A stretch of 64,000 nucleotides of DNA, taken from a virus. The position numbers and the translations under genes are program-made. Positions 27,817-37,910 of the stretch are shown here, in pieces. Under the pieces are notes generated by a model, which worked only from the letters and a program-made list of their open reading frames with translations, ran no database searches and was not told the DNA's origin. Numbering within the stretch: position 1 is the stretch's first letter; every line of letters begins with the position of its first letter. The DNA lies in IMG/VR virus record IMGVR_UViG_3300044837_000085, positions 40,615 through 104,614 of that record. One strand, 5' to 3'.

Positions 27817-29895
27817 TTACGGAACACCGACAGCGGTCATGTAGGCGCGAAGGCGATTGTAGAAATTAGAAACATCCGTGGCGGACAAACTGGCCCCCAT
27901 ACTCGCTGCTGCGATCTGGTGTGCAGATGGCGTGGTCGTGCCAGCGAATAAGTGACGCATGGCGCAGATCGGAAAACTATAGTTTTGGACGGGGGATGAA
28001 GTCGCTGACGTGTTGGTCAGTACGTTACTGCCGTTTTTGTAGCCATCAACTCGGCTGCTGCTGCTGCGATTGGCCAGATAAAAACCGGCAGTGGTTGTGT
28101 TAGCAACACCGCTGATCGCGGAACCGTTGATCCTGTAGTATGTATTACCGTCACCATAGAGCGGGTGTATTTCTGTCTCCCCTGCAAACGAGTCCACACC
28201 CATTGGACCGTCAGCGGTGCCGCCAACGTTAGTCACGCCCCACAGCGCGATGTGTGCTGAATCCTGCACGTACTTAGGAGAGCTGGCGGTGAAGGGGTTG
28301 AAGCCGCTATCGATGTAGCCGCCGGGACCCCCGGTCATCCCCCTGTCGGTAACAAAATGTGCGCCAACCGATGTGCCATTGTAACTAGATGCTGACACCA
28401 GATTAAGGACCGCAGCAGTACTGTTCTGCGTTGCAAAGACGTAAAGAAAATCGAACTTGCTAAAAATTCCATCGGATACGAGTCCGCATATCAGTTCGAT
28501 GTACGCGTTGGTATGTGTCGCATCCAGGCCAGGAGCACGAGCCAGGAAGGATGTGGCTTCAGAGCAGCCAACCAAGGCTGTCCCGAGCGAGCACCTGAGA
28601 ATTGCCCGCCCTACGAACTCAACGACGTTGTTAACGCCGCGGGTGGTCTCGACTATCTTGAAAATCTCGCTGCCAAAATCTCCCCCAGGATGGATCGAGG
28701 CCAAAGCGCCCGGCTCTATCTCAAGCCCATACGCCATCGCGGTGCCGGTTATGGTCTTACGGGCGTTTTCCTCATGATATTTTGTAAAGGTTACAACTGC
28801 CGTCCGCGTGAACGCATCCATAATTGCGGGCAGATACGCTGTGTCCTTTCCAACACTTGTTGTCACTGCAACGGGGTCGCGAGGGCGCTGCGCTACAGAG
28901 GGAACGATGGTGTAGTCGGCCCCGTTATCGATGGTGGAAAGTTCGAGGTCTTTCGCGATCGTGTCGGGACCAGCCCTCGTAACGACGACTTGGCCCATCA
29001 GTCTCGTTGTATCAAGAACGATGTCCGCCGCTACAACCGCGCCGCGATCAACGACTCTCAGCTTGTCGGTTTGGAGAATGTCCCAATTTGGATAGAAGCG
29101 ACCGAACTGCTGGATGGTTTGCAGGAATTGTGAGTCCTGCGCGAAGATAAGACCGCCGTTTGGAAGACCGTCAGTTATTCCCAATGTTTCAAATGCGGCG
29201 AGGTTGACCCACGGTGACGCTGCCAGTCGCTCAAAGGCTTCACCGTAGTTGGCATCCTCCCCGCTCGTATCGCTAAGGAGAAGTGCGATGTACGGTATTT
29301 TGCCAAACTTGGTATTTGCGATCGGCAGATTCTCCACTGCCAGCAATATCTGCGGACGATAGGCATTTGCCTGCGCGCCAAAGTGCGAAGTCTCCAGCGC
29401 GTCAGCGGCCTGTGTTAGTTTTCCGTCATAGAAACGGCAGGTAAATGGCTCCGTGGTGAATCCCGCCGAAGAGGGCGTTCCTGCACCCGTCAGACTCCCG
29501 GTCCAGACTACTTCGGAGTCAAGCGCGATCTCTTCCAGAATGCGCGTGCCGCCTGGATCAGCGGGAACACCCGCAGATACGATGAATGAAGCGGTTCCGT
29601 TATTGAACCATGGGCCAGCGATAATTTCGCAGCCTATGCGGCCACGGCCGAACACAGAGAGCGGTATCGTGTGTCCGTACAGTGAGTATGAAGTCTCGAC
29701 CGGATTGACTCCGGTAACTGTGGCGACGGCAGCGGCGGTTGGTGCCTGCGTCACCGTCTGCTGTGCTGCTACCCAACCCCAACTTGTTATGTTGCCGAGG
29801 GCATCATGAAAAATCGTAAAATTCTGAAGCTGGCCGTCCAGAATGCGCGTTTGGCCGCTTGGTCCATAATACGCAGTGCCGGGACCGGATGCCAC
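27817..29895 (-). CDS. Tail tip / host-specificity protein
   Basis: SLYGHTIPL.VFG..AYRP...LEIEPG (GTA-type tip protein); C-terminal lectin-like domain. Confidence 0.8.
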   Translation of the reverse strand: MASGPGTAYYGPSGQTRILDGQLQNFTIFHDALGNITSWGWVAAQQTVTQAPTAAAVATVTGVNPVETSYSLYGHTIPLSVFGRGRIGCEIIAGPWFNNGTASFIVSAGVPADPGGTRILEEIALDSEVVWTGSLTGAGTPSSAGFTTEPFTCRFYDGKLTQAADALETSHFGAQANAYRPQILLAVENLPIANTKFGKIPYIALLLSDTSGEDANYGEAFERLAASPWVNLAAFETLGITDGLPNGGLIFAQDSQFLQTIQQFGRFYPNWDILQTDKLRVVDRGAVVAADIVLDTTRLMGQVVVTRAGPDTIAKDLELSTIDNGADYTIVPSVAQRPRDPVAVTTSVGKDTAYLPAIMDAFTRTAVVTFTKYHEENARKTITGTAMAYGLEIEPGALASIHPGGDFGSEIFKIVETTRGVNNVVEFVGRAILRCSLGTALVGCSEATSFLARAPGLDATHTNAYIELICGLVSDGIFSKFDFLYVFATQNSTAAVLNLVSASSYNGTSVGAHFVTDRGMTGGPGGYIDSGFNPFTASSPKYVQDSAHIALWGVTNVGGTADGPMGVDSFAGETEIHPLYGDGNTYYRINGSAISGVANTTTAGFYLANRSSSSRVDGYKNGSNVLTNTSATSSPVQNYSFPICAMRHLFAGTTTPSAHQIAAASMGASLSATDVSNFYNRLRAYMTAVGVP

Positions 29896-29896
29896 T

Positions 29897-30727
29897 TTAG
29901 ACCTGCTGCGCCGCAGCGGCAGTGCCGAGAAAATGGTTCTCAGCCTGCATGTTTATCCAGTTCGAAAACTTTCCGCAGCCGCCCACCCCATCTGTCTTAT
30001 CGCAGCCCGGATAGACCGTCAGAACTTGAGCGATCGCCAGAAGGCGATCGATCGGAAGATATGTCGTGAATGTCTGTGTTGACTGGACCCAACCAGCGAT
30101 CTCACGCGCGACGCCATCCGCAGTAACGAATACTCCCTGATTGTAATGTCCGTCCGCCTGCGCAACGCCGCTTACCGTGAACGAAAAGGCAGTAGGAATC
30201 GTTGCTATCGTGACAGACGCGACATACGAAACCTTGTTCACCTGACACAGGGCGGAAAACAAATCCGTCCGGCACATCGGGGAGCGCGTCTGCGTCATCA
30301 AAATTTTTGACGATGCAGACGACCCCTTCACATTAAATGATACTTGATGCTCAATAGGATTGTATGAAATGTCAGAAATAGCGCCCGTGAACTCTAATCC
30401 CTTTCGACTCAGATTTAGCCTATCGACCTTGTAGATTTGAACAGTCGCGCCGTCGAAAAGACCTACGTCCAAATCTTGGCTATCGAATGTATATCCGTCT
30501 CCATGCACGGCAACAATCTGGCATGACGGCACTTCGCCGTTTGAGGTTTCCTTGACCGCGCTGATCTGTAAACCGGGAATAACCGCGAACGTGTCTGGTG
30601 AGACCACGATTGCAGTATCCGACTCTGCAAAGCGAATAACGACCCCATCCACGCGCGTGATGACGCCGACGCGAGCGGGAAAGCCGACGACTGCATCGGT
30701 GATGGCAAGCGGCGAAAAGTCTTTCAC
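29897..30727 (-). CDS. DUF2163 baseplate hub protein
   Basis: ITRVDG..GLFDGA..SPMCRTDLF..C..PGCDKT..C.KFSN. Confidence 0.85.
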   Translation of the reverse strand: MKDFSPLAITDAVVGFPARVGVITRVDGVVIRFAESDTAIVVSPDTFAVIPGLQISAVKETSNGEVPSCQIVAVHGDGYTFDSQDLDVGLFDGATVQIYKVDRLNLSRKGLEFTGAISDISYNPIEHQVSFNVKGSSASSKILMTQTRSPMCRTDLFSALCQVNKVSYVASVTIATIPTAFSFTVSGVAQADGHYNQGVFVTADGVAREIAGWVQSTQTFTTYLPIDRLLAIAQVLTVYPGCDKTDGVGGCGKFSNWINMQAENHFLGTAAAAQQV

Positions 30728-31347
30728 GATTCGCCAATGACTTCTTTGATTGGTATTGAGCGAATGCCCGCGAGATTACCCGCGTTCATGATAACGGGAA
30801 GACTCGGAGTATCAAATCTAACCGGGATATCGAATGTGCCATCCCACGTCAGATCCCCTGTGGGCGCGGATGTGAATGTCACAACGCCGGAAGAAATCGT
30901 GAATGCGACCGTTGGCGTTCCACCAACTTTGATGATGGGTGTCCCGACTGGAAGCGTTATATCTCTGACATAAAAAAACGAGCCGGGAATCCCGAGCAAT
31001 ATTTCACTCGGATCGTAGGTCATCGTGAGTTGGAATTGGGTCTCTACGCCCGCTCCGGTTCCAAACAATTCGTCTTCCGCCGTGCAATCATAATGGCAGC
31101 GGAATCTCCACGGATAAAGCGTGCCGCGGTGTGCCAGAAACATTGAGTAGATTGCGCGAAAATCTCCCAACGGATCGTCGGAGTCTTGCAGTCCCAGAGA
31201 CAGGTCGCCGACGCCTCGGCATTTTGTCCAGCGCGCGAAACGCTGCTCGGTTCCTGCAATGGATACTTGTTCGACGTTATCCCAACTCGGTCCGAAGCCT
31301 GAACCGCTTTCGATATTGTCAGGAAGACGATAACCCTGGATGGTCAT
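30724..31347 (-). CDS. DUF2460 distal tail protein
   Basis: GSGFGP..G.EQR..W..FDIPVRFDT. Confidence 0.85.
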   Translation of the reverse strand: MTIQGYRLPDNIESGSGFGPSWDNVEQVSIAGTEQRFARWTKCRGVGDLSLGLQDSDDPLGDFRAIYSMFLAHRGTLYPWRFRCHYDCTAEDELFGTGAGVETQFQLTMTYDPSEILLGIPGSFFYVRDITLPVGTPIIKVGGTPTVAFTISSGVVTFTSAPTGDLTWDGTFDIPVRFDTPSLPVIMNAGNLAGIRSIPIKEVIGES

Positions 31348-34300
31348 TAGCCGACAGCCCTTAACTGCCGCGCCGCTGTTTGTGCAGCCTGGTACCCGGT
31401 TCTTCCGAACTCATCCTTCGCGTTGCCGCTCATCATGAACGACTGGTTTATATTGACGACCTGTGTCTTTGAATCGCCTCCTCCTCCTCCTCCTCCCATA
31501 CCTCTCTTGGAGAACTGAGGATCGACATATAAAATATTTTCACCTGAAGCCACCGGGAACGTTGCCATCATGTTGTCATTGACGCTTGGTGGGCCGGGCA
31601 CCGGGAAGCCGCCCAACGCCATACCCTGCGAGCGGAAACCAATGTGCGATGTCCGTGGGTCTTGCGTGTAGTACGGAGACAAAGCATCCGTATTTGCGCT
31701 GGTTGCGCTCGTGTTGGCCCCGGTTGCGGTTGCGAGTGACTGAATCTCAGATGTGAGCGATGAAATCGCCTGAAGACTTTCAACCGTCTGCGGTTGGGTC
31801 TGAAGCCACGCCATAAACTGCTGATCGTTCGTTATCTTCGCGGCGTTGTCGGTGGTTTGCGAATTCAATATAGAATAGAGAGTCCCGGCCGAGCTTATGT
31901 CTCCCAGGCTCTTTGCGGTCGCTATGCCCGCGCTGACCCCACCACCAGCTATAGAACTGTCAATTAGCTGGGAGTTCGGCGTAGGCGGCGCGATTGGCAA
32001 ATTATATCCGAAGGGCGCAAGCGCCAGGGCCTCGCCTGGAGAGATGCCGCCCTTGGTGGCAATCTCTCGTCGCAGCATTATACTTGTACTTGGGTCAACG
32101 TTGTCGGACGTATATTGCTTGCCCGGAGTAGTGGCGAATGGATCAAAGCTACCAAGCCCTGACGCCTTACCCGCCGCGACCTGTTGCGAGTTATATGAAG
32201 CGGTGGACTGATCGATTTGATTCTGAGTCTGCAATACCTGGAGCAGGCTGGCCTGGAGCGTATTCGCCGCAATAATGTTGGCCTGCATCGCAGTCGCGCC
32301 GTTCTGGATCGCGTCACGGTAGGCAATGGAGGATGCGACGACGCCCTCCATACCCGTTCCCTGCGCCTGTATCTTGTCGAGATTGTCCTGTGAGGACTGG
32401 ACAAGCTTTTGGGCGCTCGCAACAGCTTTTGCTTTAGAGTCGGCGTACTGAGCAGCGGCAGCCGCCCCCGCCGTTTCCGCCGAGACGCCATCGTGGATTA
32501 GCTGGTTATAGGTGGCCTCATACTGCGCCTTCATCTGTGTCGCAGTTGTCCAGGCTTGAGACACGGCTAGATTGTTTTGTAGAGACCATGTCTGAGCCTG
32601 CGCGGCGGAATTAGCTGCGGCTTGCGCTGCAGCCAGATTGGCGGCGGACAGGAACGCGGCCTCGGTCGACGTCTTCCCGCGGTCCATTGCATTGGCGTAA
32701 TCGGCGGCTTCTTGCGCTGCCATCCTAGCTGCACCGCCGACCGCCTGAATAACCGGAAGTTGGTTTCGTGACGCCTGCAAGGAGAGCGCTGTTGATTGTC
32801 CGACCTCGCCCCACGACTTGCTGATCTCGGCAACAGCCTGATTGTAGCGCTTAGATTCGCTTTCGGCCTCTTGGGTTTTGGCGATCAGATTCTGTTGGGC
32901 CGTAATCGCGGCGTCATTATTCGGACCACCTGCCCCTGCATCCCTAGCGGCCTTGAGTTGATTAAGCCTGATCTCCATTTGCTTGAGCTGTTCAATCTCT
33001 GGGATCAGGGCATTAGTACCTAACCTGGCCTTCTCAGCGATGTCATCGAATACAGCCGAAACTTTCCCATCAACAACCTTCTGTTGCCGGGCATACAGGT
33101 CTTCGTATTTTCTGCTTAAATCCTCCACGCCCTTTGAGACTTCGGCCGGGGCCTCCAACCCTGCCTCGGCCCATTTAGTCGCTGTCTCTATGGCCGCATC
33201 CAGTTTATTTTTTACATTATCCAGTGAGGTTTCGAGTCCGGTCGGTTTTTGCGTTGTGCCCATAACATTCGCCAAGCCGCGCCATGCGCTTTCAGCAGCC
33301 CCCATATGTTGTGCGGAGGCTTTGAATTTTTCATTCATCCCATCAACAATGGCGTTCATTGCCGATGTCTTGTCTCCGACCGCGACGAAGCTTTCGACTA
33401 GGTCTCTGGTTCCCTGATTCACCGGCCCAAAGACCTTACCCAACTCATCCATCGCTTTTATGGGATCTTGACCGAAACCGACGAACGCCTTGATGGCGGC
33501 ATCCACACTCGTTTTGCTCTGGTTGGCAAACCCAACCACGGCATCGCTCATGTTGTGCAACTTGCTGATAACGATGTCGCCGGTTTGAGTCATATCTTCC
33601 GCGAGAGTCCTCGATTCTTTTTGTGAAAGGCCGGCGCCCGTAAACACCGAAGGAGTGTTCTTAGCCACGAATGTATTGATGTCACTGGTTGTCGTGCCTG
33701 TCCTTGCACCCGCGCCGCTGAGAGCCAGATTCGACGACACGTTCAGTCTATCCATCTGCACCGCAGCGGCGACAGCAGCAGCCCCAAGAGCGACAGTGGC
33801 GGCTATTGCGACATTTGTCGGCGTCACATACTTCATAAGAGACGTGCCAGCGCCGCTGAACGCATAGGACAGGTTTCCGGTCTCCATCGCTATCGTGCGC
33901 GTGAGCGGAATACCGGCCATGTAGGCGTCGAACATATGCCGAATGGCGGCTGTAAAAGCCATCGACTGGGTCGAGCCTAGCGCGGAAGCGAGCCCGAACC
34001 CTTCGGTGGCCCCAGCCGCTGACTTGGCAGCGTTTTGAAACTCGCTGAGTTGATTTCCCAAAAGCTTTTGCGCAGCAGCGTATTCAACCGTCGTCATCGC
34101 GCCGGACTTCAATGCAGCGCTATACGTGGCTGACTGAGCACCTAGTTTGCCCTGCTCGACCTCCAATGGATTCATCGACGCGCGCAGTTTGTTGATCGCG
34201 TCTTCCTGCGCTAGGATTGTTTGCTTGAAGACGTCGGCCGATTGCGTCGCGGACTTTGGTGCAGACCCGATATTGAAGCTACTGTTAAGATCGTCCTGAA

Positions 34301-35117
34301 AGTTCTTCCCGATCTGTATAGCTTTTTGCTGAGCGATTGTATCAAGACGATCCAGTTCGGCGCTGAACACGCTCGCAGAATCTCTTGCAGATTTGCCGAC
34401 GCCTGCAATCAGACTGCCATCCAGACTGTCCTGGAAATTCTTTCCCACCTGCACGGCTCGCTGCTGCGAGATAGTATCCAGTCGATCAAGTTCAGCAGAA
34501 AACACGCCAGCGGAATCTCTTGCAGACTTAGCCGTACCCGCAATCATGCCGGCGTCGAGAGACTCGCCGAACTGTTTACCGATTTGGGCGGCCTTTTGGT
34601 CAGCGATATCCATCATCGCAGCGAACTGAGCGGCGTATTGATTTGTATCCACCTTGCTCTGCGACGATCCGGTGATCTGGTTAAGGCTGATAGATGTCCC
34701 GCCTATCGATCCCGTAGTCGCCGACGCATTCGTCATCATATTGGATTGCTGACGGCGGAGTGATTCCGCAGCAACTGCCGCAGCCTCGAGTTTCGCCCGA
34801 TAAACGTCCAGACCCTGACCTGCCTTGTCCAGCATGGATGAGTTCTGGTCCAGCGCCCTGCCGAAGGTGGCGTAGTTCTTTTCCAGCGTCTCAAACGCGC
34901 GCGAGGCGGGATCAATCGCACGAGCCATCGCATTAAAGGCAGCCGCAACAGAAGTCTGCCGACGCGCTGATGATTCGGTCGCGTTGCCGAGATTAGTCGC
35001 CGATGCCGCTAGCACATCAAGCGCTGATGCGGTTGCCTTTGCGTCAGCACGAACCGCGTCTCCGCCCTCGGCGACTTGCCTTATCGTCTGCGTCGCGATG
35101 AGATCTCGTTCATTCAT
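31347..35117 (-). CDS. Tail tape measure protein
   Basis: 1256 aa, Ala-rich helical, follows the chaperone pair; internal KSARDSA repeats. Confidence 0.9.
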   Translation of the reverse strand: MNERDLIATQTIRQVAEGGDAVRADAKATASALDVLAASATNLGNATESSARRQTSVAAAFNAMARAIDPASRAFETLEKNYATFGRALDQNSSMLDKAGQGLDVYRAKLEAAAVAAESLRRQQSNMMTNASATTGSIGGTSISLNQITGSSQSKVDTNQYAAQFAAMMDIADQKAAQIGKQFGESLDAGMIAGTAKSARDSAGVFSAELDRLDTISQQRAVQVGKNFQDSLDGSLIAGVGKSARDSASVFSAELDRLDTIAQQKAIQIGKNFQDDLNSSFNIGSAPKSATQSADVFKQTILAQEDAINKLRASMNPLEVEQGKLGAQSATYSAALKSGAMTTVEYAAAQKLLGNQLSEFQNAAKSAAGATEGFGLASALGSTQSMAFTAAIRHMFDAYMAGIPLTRTIAMETGNLSYAFSGAGTSLMKYVTPTNVAIAATVALGAAAVAAAVQMDRLNVSSNLALSGAGARTGTTTSDINTFVAKNTPSVFTGAGLSQKESRTLAEDMTQTGDIVISKLHNMSDAVVGFANQSKTSVDAAIKAFVGFGQDPIKAMDELGKVFGPVNQGTRDLVESFVAVGDKTSAMNAIVDGMNEKFKASAQHMGAAESAWRGLANVMGTTQKPTGLETSLDNVKNKLDAAIETATKWAEAGLEAPAEVSKGVEDLSRKYEDLYARQQKVVDGKVSAVFDDIAEKARLGTNALIPEIEQLKQMEIRLNQLKAARDAGAGGPNNDAAITAQQNLIAKTQEAESESKRYNQAVAEISKSWGEVGQSTALSLQASRNQLPVIQAVGGAARMAAQEAADYANAMDRGKTSTEAAFLSAANLAAAQAAANSAAQAQTWSLQNNLAVSQAWTTATQMKAQYEATYNQLIHDGVSAETAGAAAAAQYADSKAKAVASAQKLVQSSQDNLDKIQAQGTGMEGVVASSIAYRDAIQNGATAMQANIIAANTLQASLLQVLQTQNQIDQSTASYNSQQVAAGKASGLGSFDPFATTPGKQYTSDNVDPSTSIMLRREIATKGGISPGEALALAPFGYNLPIAPPTPNSQLIDSSIAGGGVSAGIATAKSLGDISSAGTLYSILNSQTTDNAAKITNDQQFMAWLQTQPQTVESLQAISSLTSEIQSLATATGANTSATSANTDALSPYYTQDPRTSHIGFRSQGMALGGFPVPGPPSVNDNMMATFPVASGENILYVDPQFSKRGMGGGGGGGDSKTQVVNINQSFMMSGNAKDEFGRTGYQAAQTAARQLRAVG

Positions 35118-35577
35118 GTCTTGGGAATCTCACACGCTTATTGATTGGCTGTTGTTTTCGATTTTTAGCGAGACCAGAAACGATCCGCTTCACGCCTTGG
35201 GTGTCTCCGGCCGCAGCCTGATCTGCCATCTCTTGATTGGCCGCGAGAGCTGATCTGGACTTGTTCTCGACGCGACGCATTACAGCAATGAACAAGTCGA
35301 CTTCCTCGCCGACGAGACCAAGATCATCTTCCGCATAGGACTTGATTTTAGAACGGGGAATCACGCCGTAACTCACGCTTGCCATGGTTGCGATGACCGG
35401 GCGCTCGGTCACGAGTTCATTCCATGCACTGAGATAATAAAGGGTGGTGTCATCGATATCCGGGCGATTGTAGTAAGCTTCCGGGATGTCGGTATCGCCT
35501 CTGACGTAGCGGCGATTCCAGGCTTCAAGATGAATGCCGTACTTGCCGTACCACCCTTGCGCCGCAGTCAGTTTCCC
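35110..35577 (-). CDS. Tail assembly chaperone GT extension via -1 frameshift
   Basis: Slippery G GGA AAC (35577-35571) just before the G stop; -1 frame open (GKLTAAQGWYGKY...AWNELVTERP...) to 35110. Confidence 0.85.
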   Translation of the reverse strand, partial: GKLTAAQGWYGKYGIHLEAWNRRYVRGDTDIPEAYYNRPDIDDTTLYYLSAWNELVTERPVIATMASVSYGVIPRSKIKSYAEDDLGLVGEEVDLFIAVMRRVENKSRSALAANQEMADQAAAGDTQGVKRIVSGLAKNRKQQPINKRVRFPRHE

Positions 35578-35978
35578 ACGATTTCCTCGATCTTATCTTC
35601 GATGCCCTGCGCGACTCTTTCACAAGCAGTCTGCACTCCGGCCCGGAACCTCTCTCCCTCCAAATATTTAGCTGCGGTTTTCTTGTCGTATGGGACTGGG
35701 CCATTATCGTCCTCAATATTTTCCCAATCCAGCAATCCGGTGTTGAGCAAGATAGCTGCCGAAACGCGCACAGCTTCATCCTGATCTAGTTGCCCGTTTA
35801 CTTTCTTCTTACGAGGCACAGCATTTATCAATCGCTGTGCCATGCGGCTCCAATCCTTATTATTGGCTCCACGAACCTTCAGCCGGATATTGCCCATTTC
35901 AGGCAAGTCGCCAACCCAAGCCCCAACCTCTACCAAATTTTTCTGCTCTTCAGTCAGTTCCAGACTTTCGATCTTCAT
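35568..35978 (-). CDS. Tail assembly chaperone G
   Basis: LKVRG..LLDWENIEDDNGPVPY; lies between tail tube and tape measure. Confidence 0.85.
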   Translation of the reverse strand: MKIESLELTEEQKNLVEVGAWVGDLPEMGNIRLKVRGANNKDWSRMAQRLINAVPRKKKVNGQLDQDEAVRVSAAILLNTGLLDWENIEDDNGPVPYDKKTAAKYLEGERFRAGVQTACERVAQGIEDKIEEIVGN

Positions 35979-36042
35979 AAACGCTCCCTAGAAAAACAAA
36001 AATCCGGACGGCACGAATGCGCCGCCCGGTCTCAATTCAGAT

Positions 36043-36522
36043 TTACGTTGACGCCGGATCTTCGAGGACCGCCGAGTTGATCTCGACCGAGAAATTTTTT
36101 CTCACGATATTTTCGTTATTGCCGACGTTGAGACGCTTACCCATCACCAATCCTCGGAAATACTGGATCGTGTCGCTGTATCCAGCAGGACCGTCAGGCA
36201 GGATGACCTTGAACATATAGTTGACGTTCGTTGCCTCAGCGGCAACCAACGCAGCCTGACCCGTGTCGGTTGGATCGTGGCCACAAACGATGGCCAGCGT
36301 GCCGGCGTCTCGCGCACCTTTTGACTTACGAACGCGGCCGTCGCCAAGCGCTTCGAACGTGACCTTGTTCGCTTGGTCTCCGTACTCACCGACCGACTCC
36401 ACCAGACCGATTTCAACCCATCCAGACGTCGCCTCGAACTCAGCAATCGTATCGATGGAAGAAGTTGCAGCTGCTCCGATAAACACTCGTGTACCTGACG
36501 CCGTGACTACATCACCCGCCAT
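36043..36522 (-). CDS. Major tail tube protein
   Basis: WVEIGLVESVGEYGD..RVRKSKGARDAG..DTGQAAL. Confidence 0.85.
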   Translation of the reverse strand: MAGDVVTASGTRVFIGAAATSSIDTIAEFEATSGWVEIGLVESVGEYGDQANKVTFEALGDGRVRKSKGARDAGTLAIVCGHDPTDTGQAALVAAEATNVNYMFKVILPDGPAGYSDTIQYFRGLVMGKRLNVGNNENIVRKNFSVEINSAVLEDPAST

Positions 36523-36653
36523 GACCTATCTCCTTAATGTTGTGGGGGCGCTCATCCGAGACGCCAAGGACGCTGCAGCCCACGCAGCGATAGTGATTGT
36601 CCGACCGAGTGGGCTGCTCGGCAGGATTGGTGGATTTGAAATGTCTGGATTGC

Positions 36654-37082
36654 CTACGGGCTGTCGCCGCTCGGCGCGTTGAATTGGTATCTATAAGGGA
36701 CGATGACAGCGAGCTCGAAGTAGTTGCCGTCTTCGTTGTTGTCGTTGATGATCGGCGGAGACGGTTCGAAGATCTCGACGCCGCTGATGATCAATCTGTC
36801 GCCACGAAAGGCGTTCGCGATAGCGTCTGCTTTGGCCAGCGGTCCCGGAAGTCCTGAACTCACTTGCGCATTGTAGATGATGCGAGCAGCGCCTTCCTCG
36901 AAGCGCTTGGTCTTCAACATCGGTCGCGTGTTGTTTGCGACCGGATACTGAATAATGAGGAACGGCGAACCGTCGCTCGGTGCCGTCATCACCTCATTCG
37001 ATCCAAGGATAACGCCGTCCGCGATATTCCAATTGGCTTCTAGCCGTGTCCTGAACACAGCTTCGACCGCGGCTGATGGCAT
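36654..37082 (-). CDS. Tail terminator protein
   Basis: Position upstream of the tube gene; ADAIANAFRG..VPYRY. Confidence 0.7.
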   Translation of the reverse strand: MPSAAVEAVFRTRLEANWNIADGVILGSNEVMTAPSDGSPFLIIQYPVANNTRPMLKTKRFEEGAARIIYNAQVSSGLPGPLAKADAIANAFRGDRLIISGVEIFEPSPPIINDNNEDGNYFELAVIVPYRYQFNAPSGDSP

Positions 37083-37083
37083 T

Positions 37084-37902
37084 TTACGAGGCCATCCCGT
37101 AGTTCAGTTTTTTGGACACTCGAATTCGATAAGCTATCGCCGGCCGCGTAACTCCCAGATCTTCTGCGGCGGCAGTCATTGAGGGGTATGTGATGCCATC
37201 GATGATCACTGACTTGGATGGACGAAGGCGCATTTGCTCAACCTCAGACTGAGATTTCTTTGGTCGCTGGATCAGTGGTTTTAAGCAGAAATATCCTGGA
37301 TATCCTGACGCTATCCGCCGGTTTATGGTTGCCACCCCAACGCCAAGAGCATCAGCGGCTGCATGAACGCCGGGATAGCGGATTTCGTCTATAATGACGG
37401 GCCTACTTATTGCGGCCTTGGCTGAATCGCTAAGTTTGCATCCAGTGCGCCTCACTCGCATTTGCTGCACATGCTCCGGCGAAAGCTTCTTTCCTCTATG
37501 CGCAGCGCCAATCCTTGCCCTAGTTTCAGCGGTGTTCTTTCTTCCGGTTCTAATCGCCGATTGCTTGGCCCTAGTTTCAGCGGTGACAACAATTCCGGAT
37601 ACACCATCTCCGCCCAGCGTCATATTATATCCGGCACCGAACGAACCAGTTGTCGCTATCCATCTGATCTCCGCAGCAACCAACTCACTCCTGCTACTGC
37701 ACTCCTCTAAGACGGAGATTTCGAAATCTTCTTCCCCGTACTTGCATATTGCCATTTCGAGAAATCTACGCGGTCTATCACCGCGAAAAACCCGAGCAGC
37801 GCGAACGTGGTGATACCATCTTTTTGATATTCCGAGGGTAGTTATGCCGATGTAGGCCTTCTTTGAAGTTTTGCATCTTATTAAATAGACTTGGCCAATC
37901 AC
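37084..37902 (-). CDS. Free-standing GIY-YIG homing endonuclease with NUMOD3/NUMOD1 repeats
   Basis: VYLIRC..YIGIT..R..H..GYNMTLGGDG; TAETRAK repeats; GTG start after GAGGTG. Confidence 0.88.
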   Translation of the reverse strand: MIGQVYLIRCKTSKKAYIGITTLGISKRWYHHVRAARVFRGDRPRRFLEMAICKYGEEDFEISVLEECSSRSELVAAEIRWIATTGSFGAGYNMTLGGDGVSGIVVTAETRAKQSAIRTGRKNTAETRARIGAAHRGKKLSPEHVQQMRVRRTGCKLSDSAKAAISRPVIIDEIRYPGVHAAADALGVGVATINRRIASGYPGYFCLKPLIQRPKKSQSEVEQMRLRPSKSVIIDGITYPSMTAAAEDLGVTRPAIAYRIRVSKKLNYGMAS

Positions 37903-37910
37903 TGCACACC

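Noticed and set aside
26104-28560. Diversity-generating retroelement template/variable repeat pair
   Set aside because: Copies differ at all bases rather than only adenines, both are coding, and no reverse transcriptase is present
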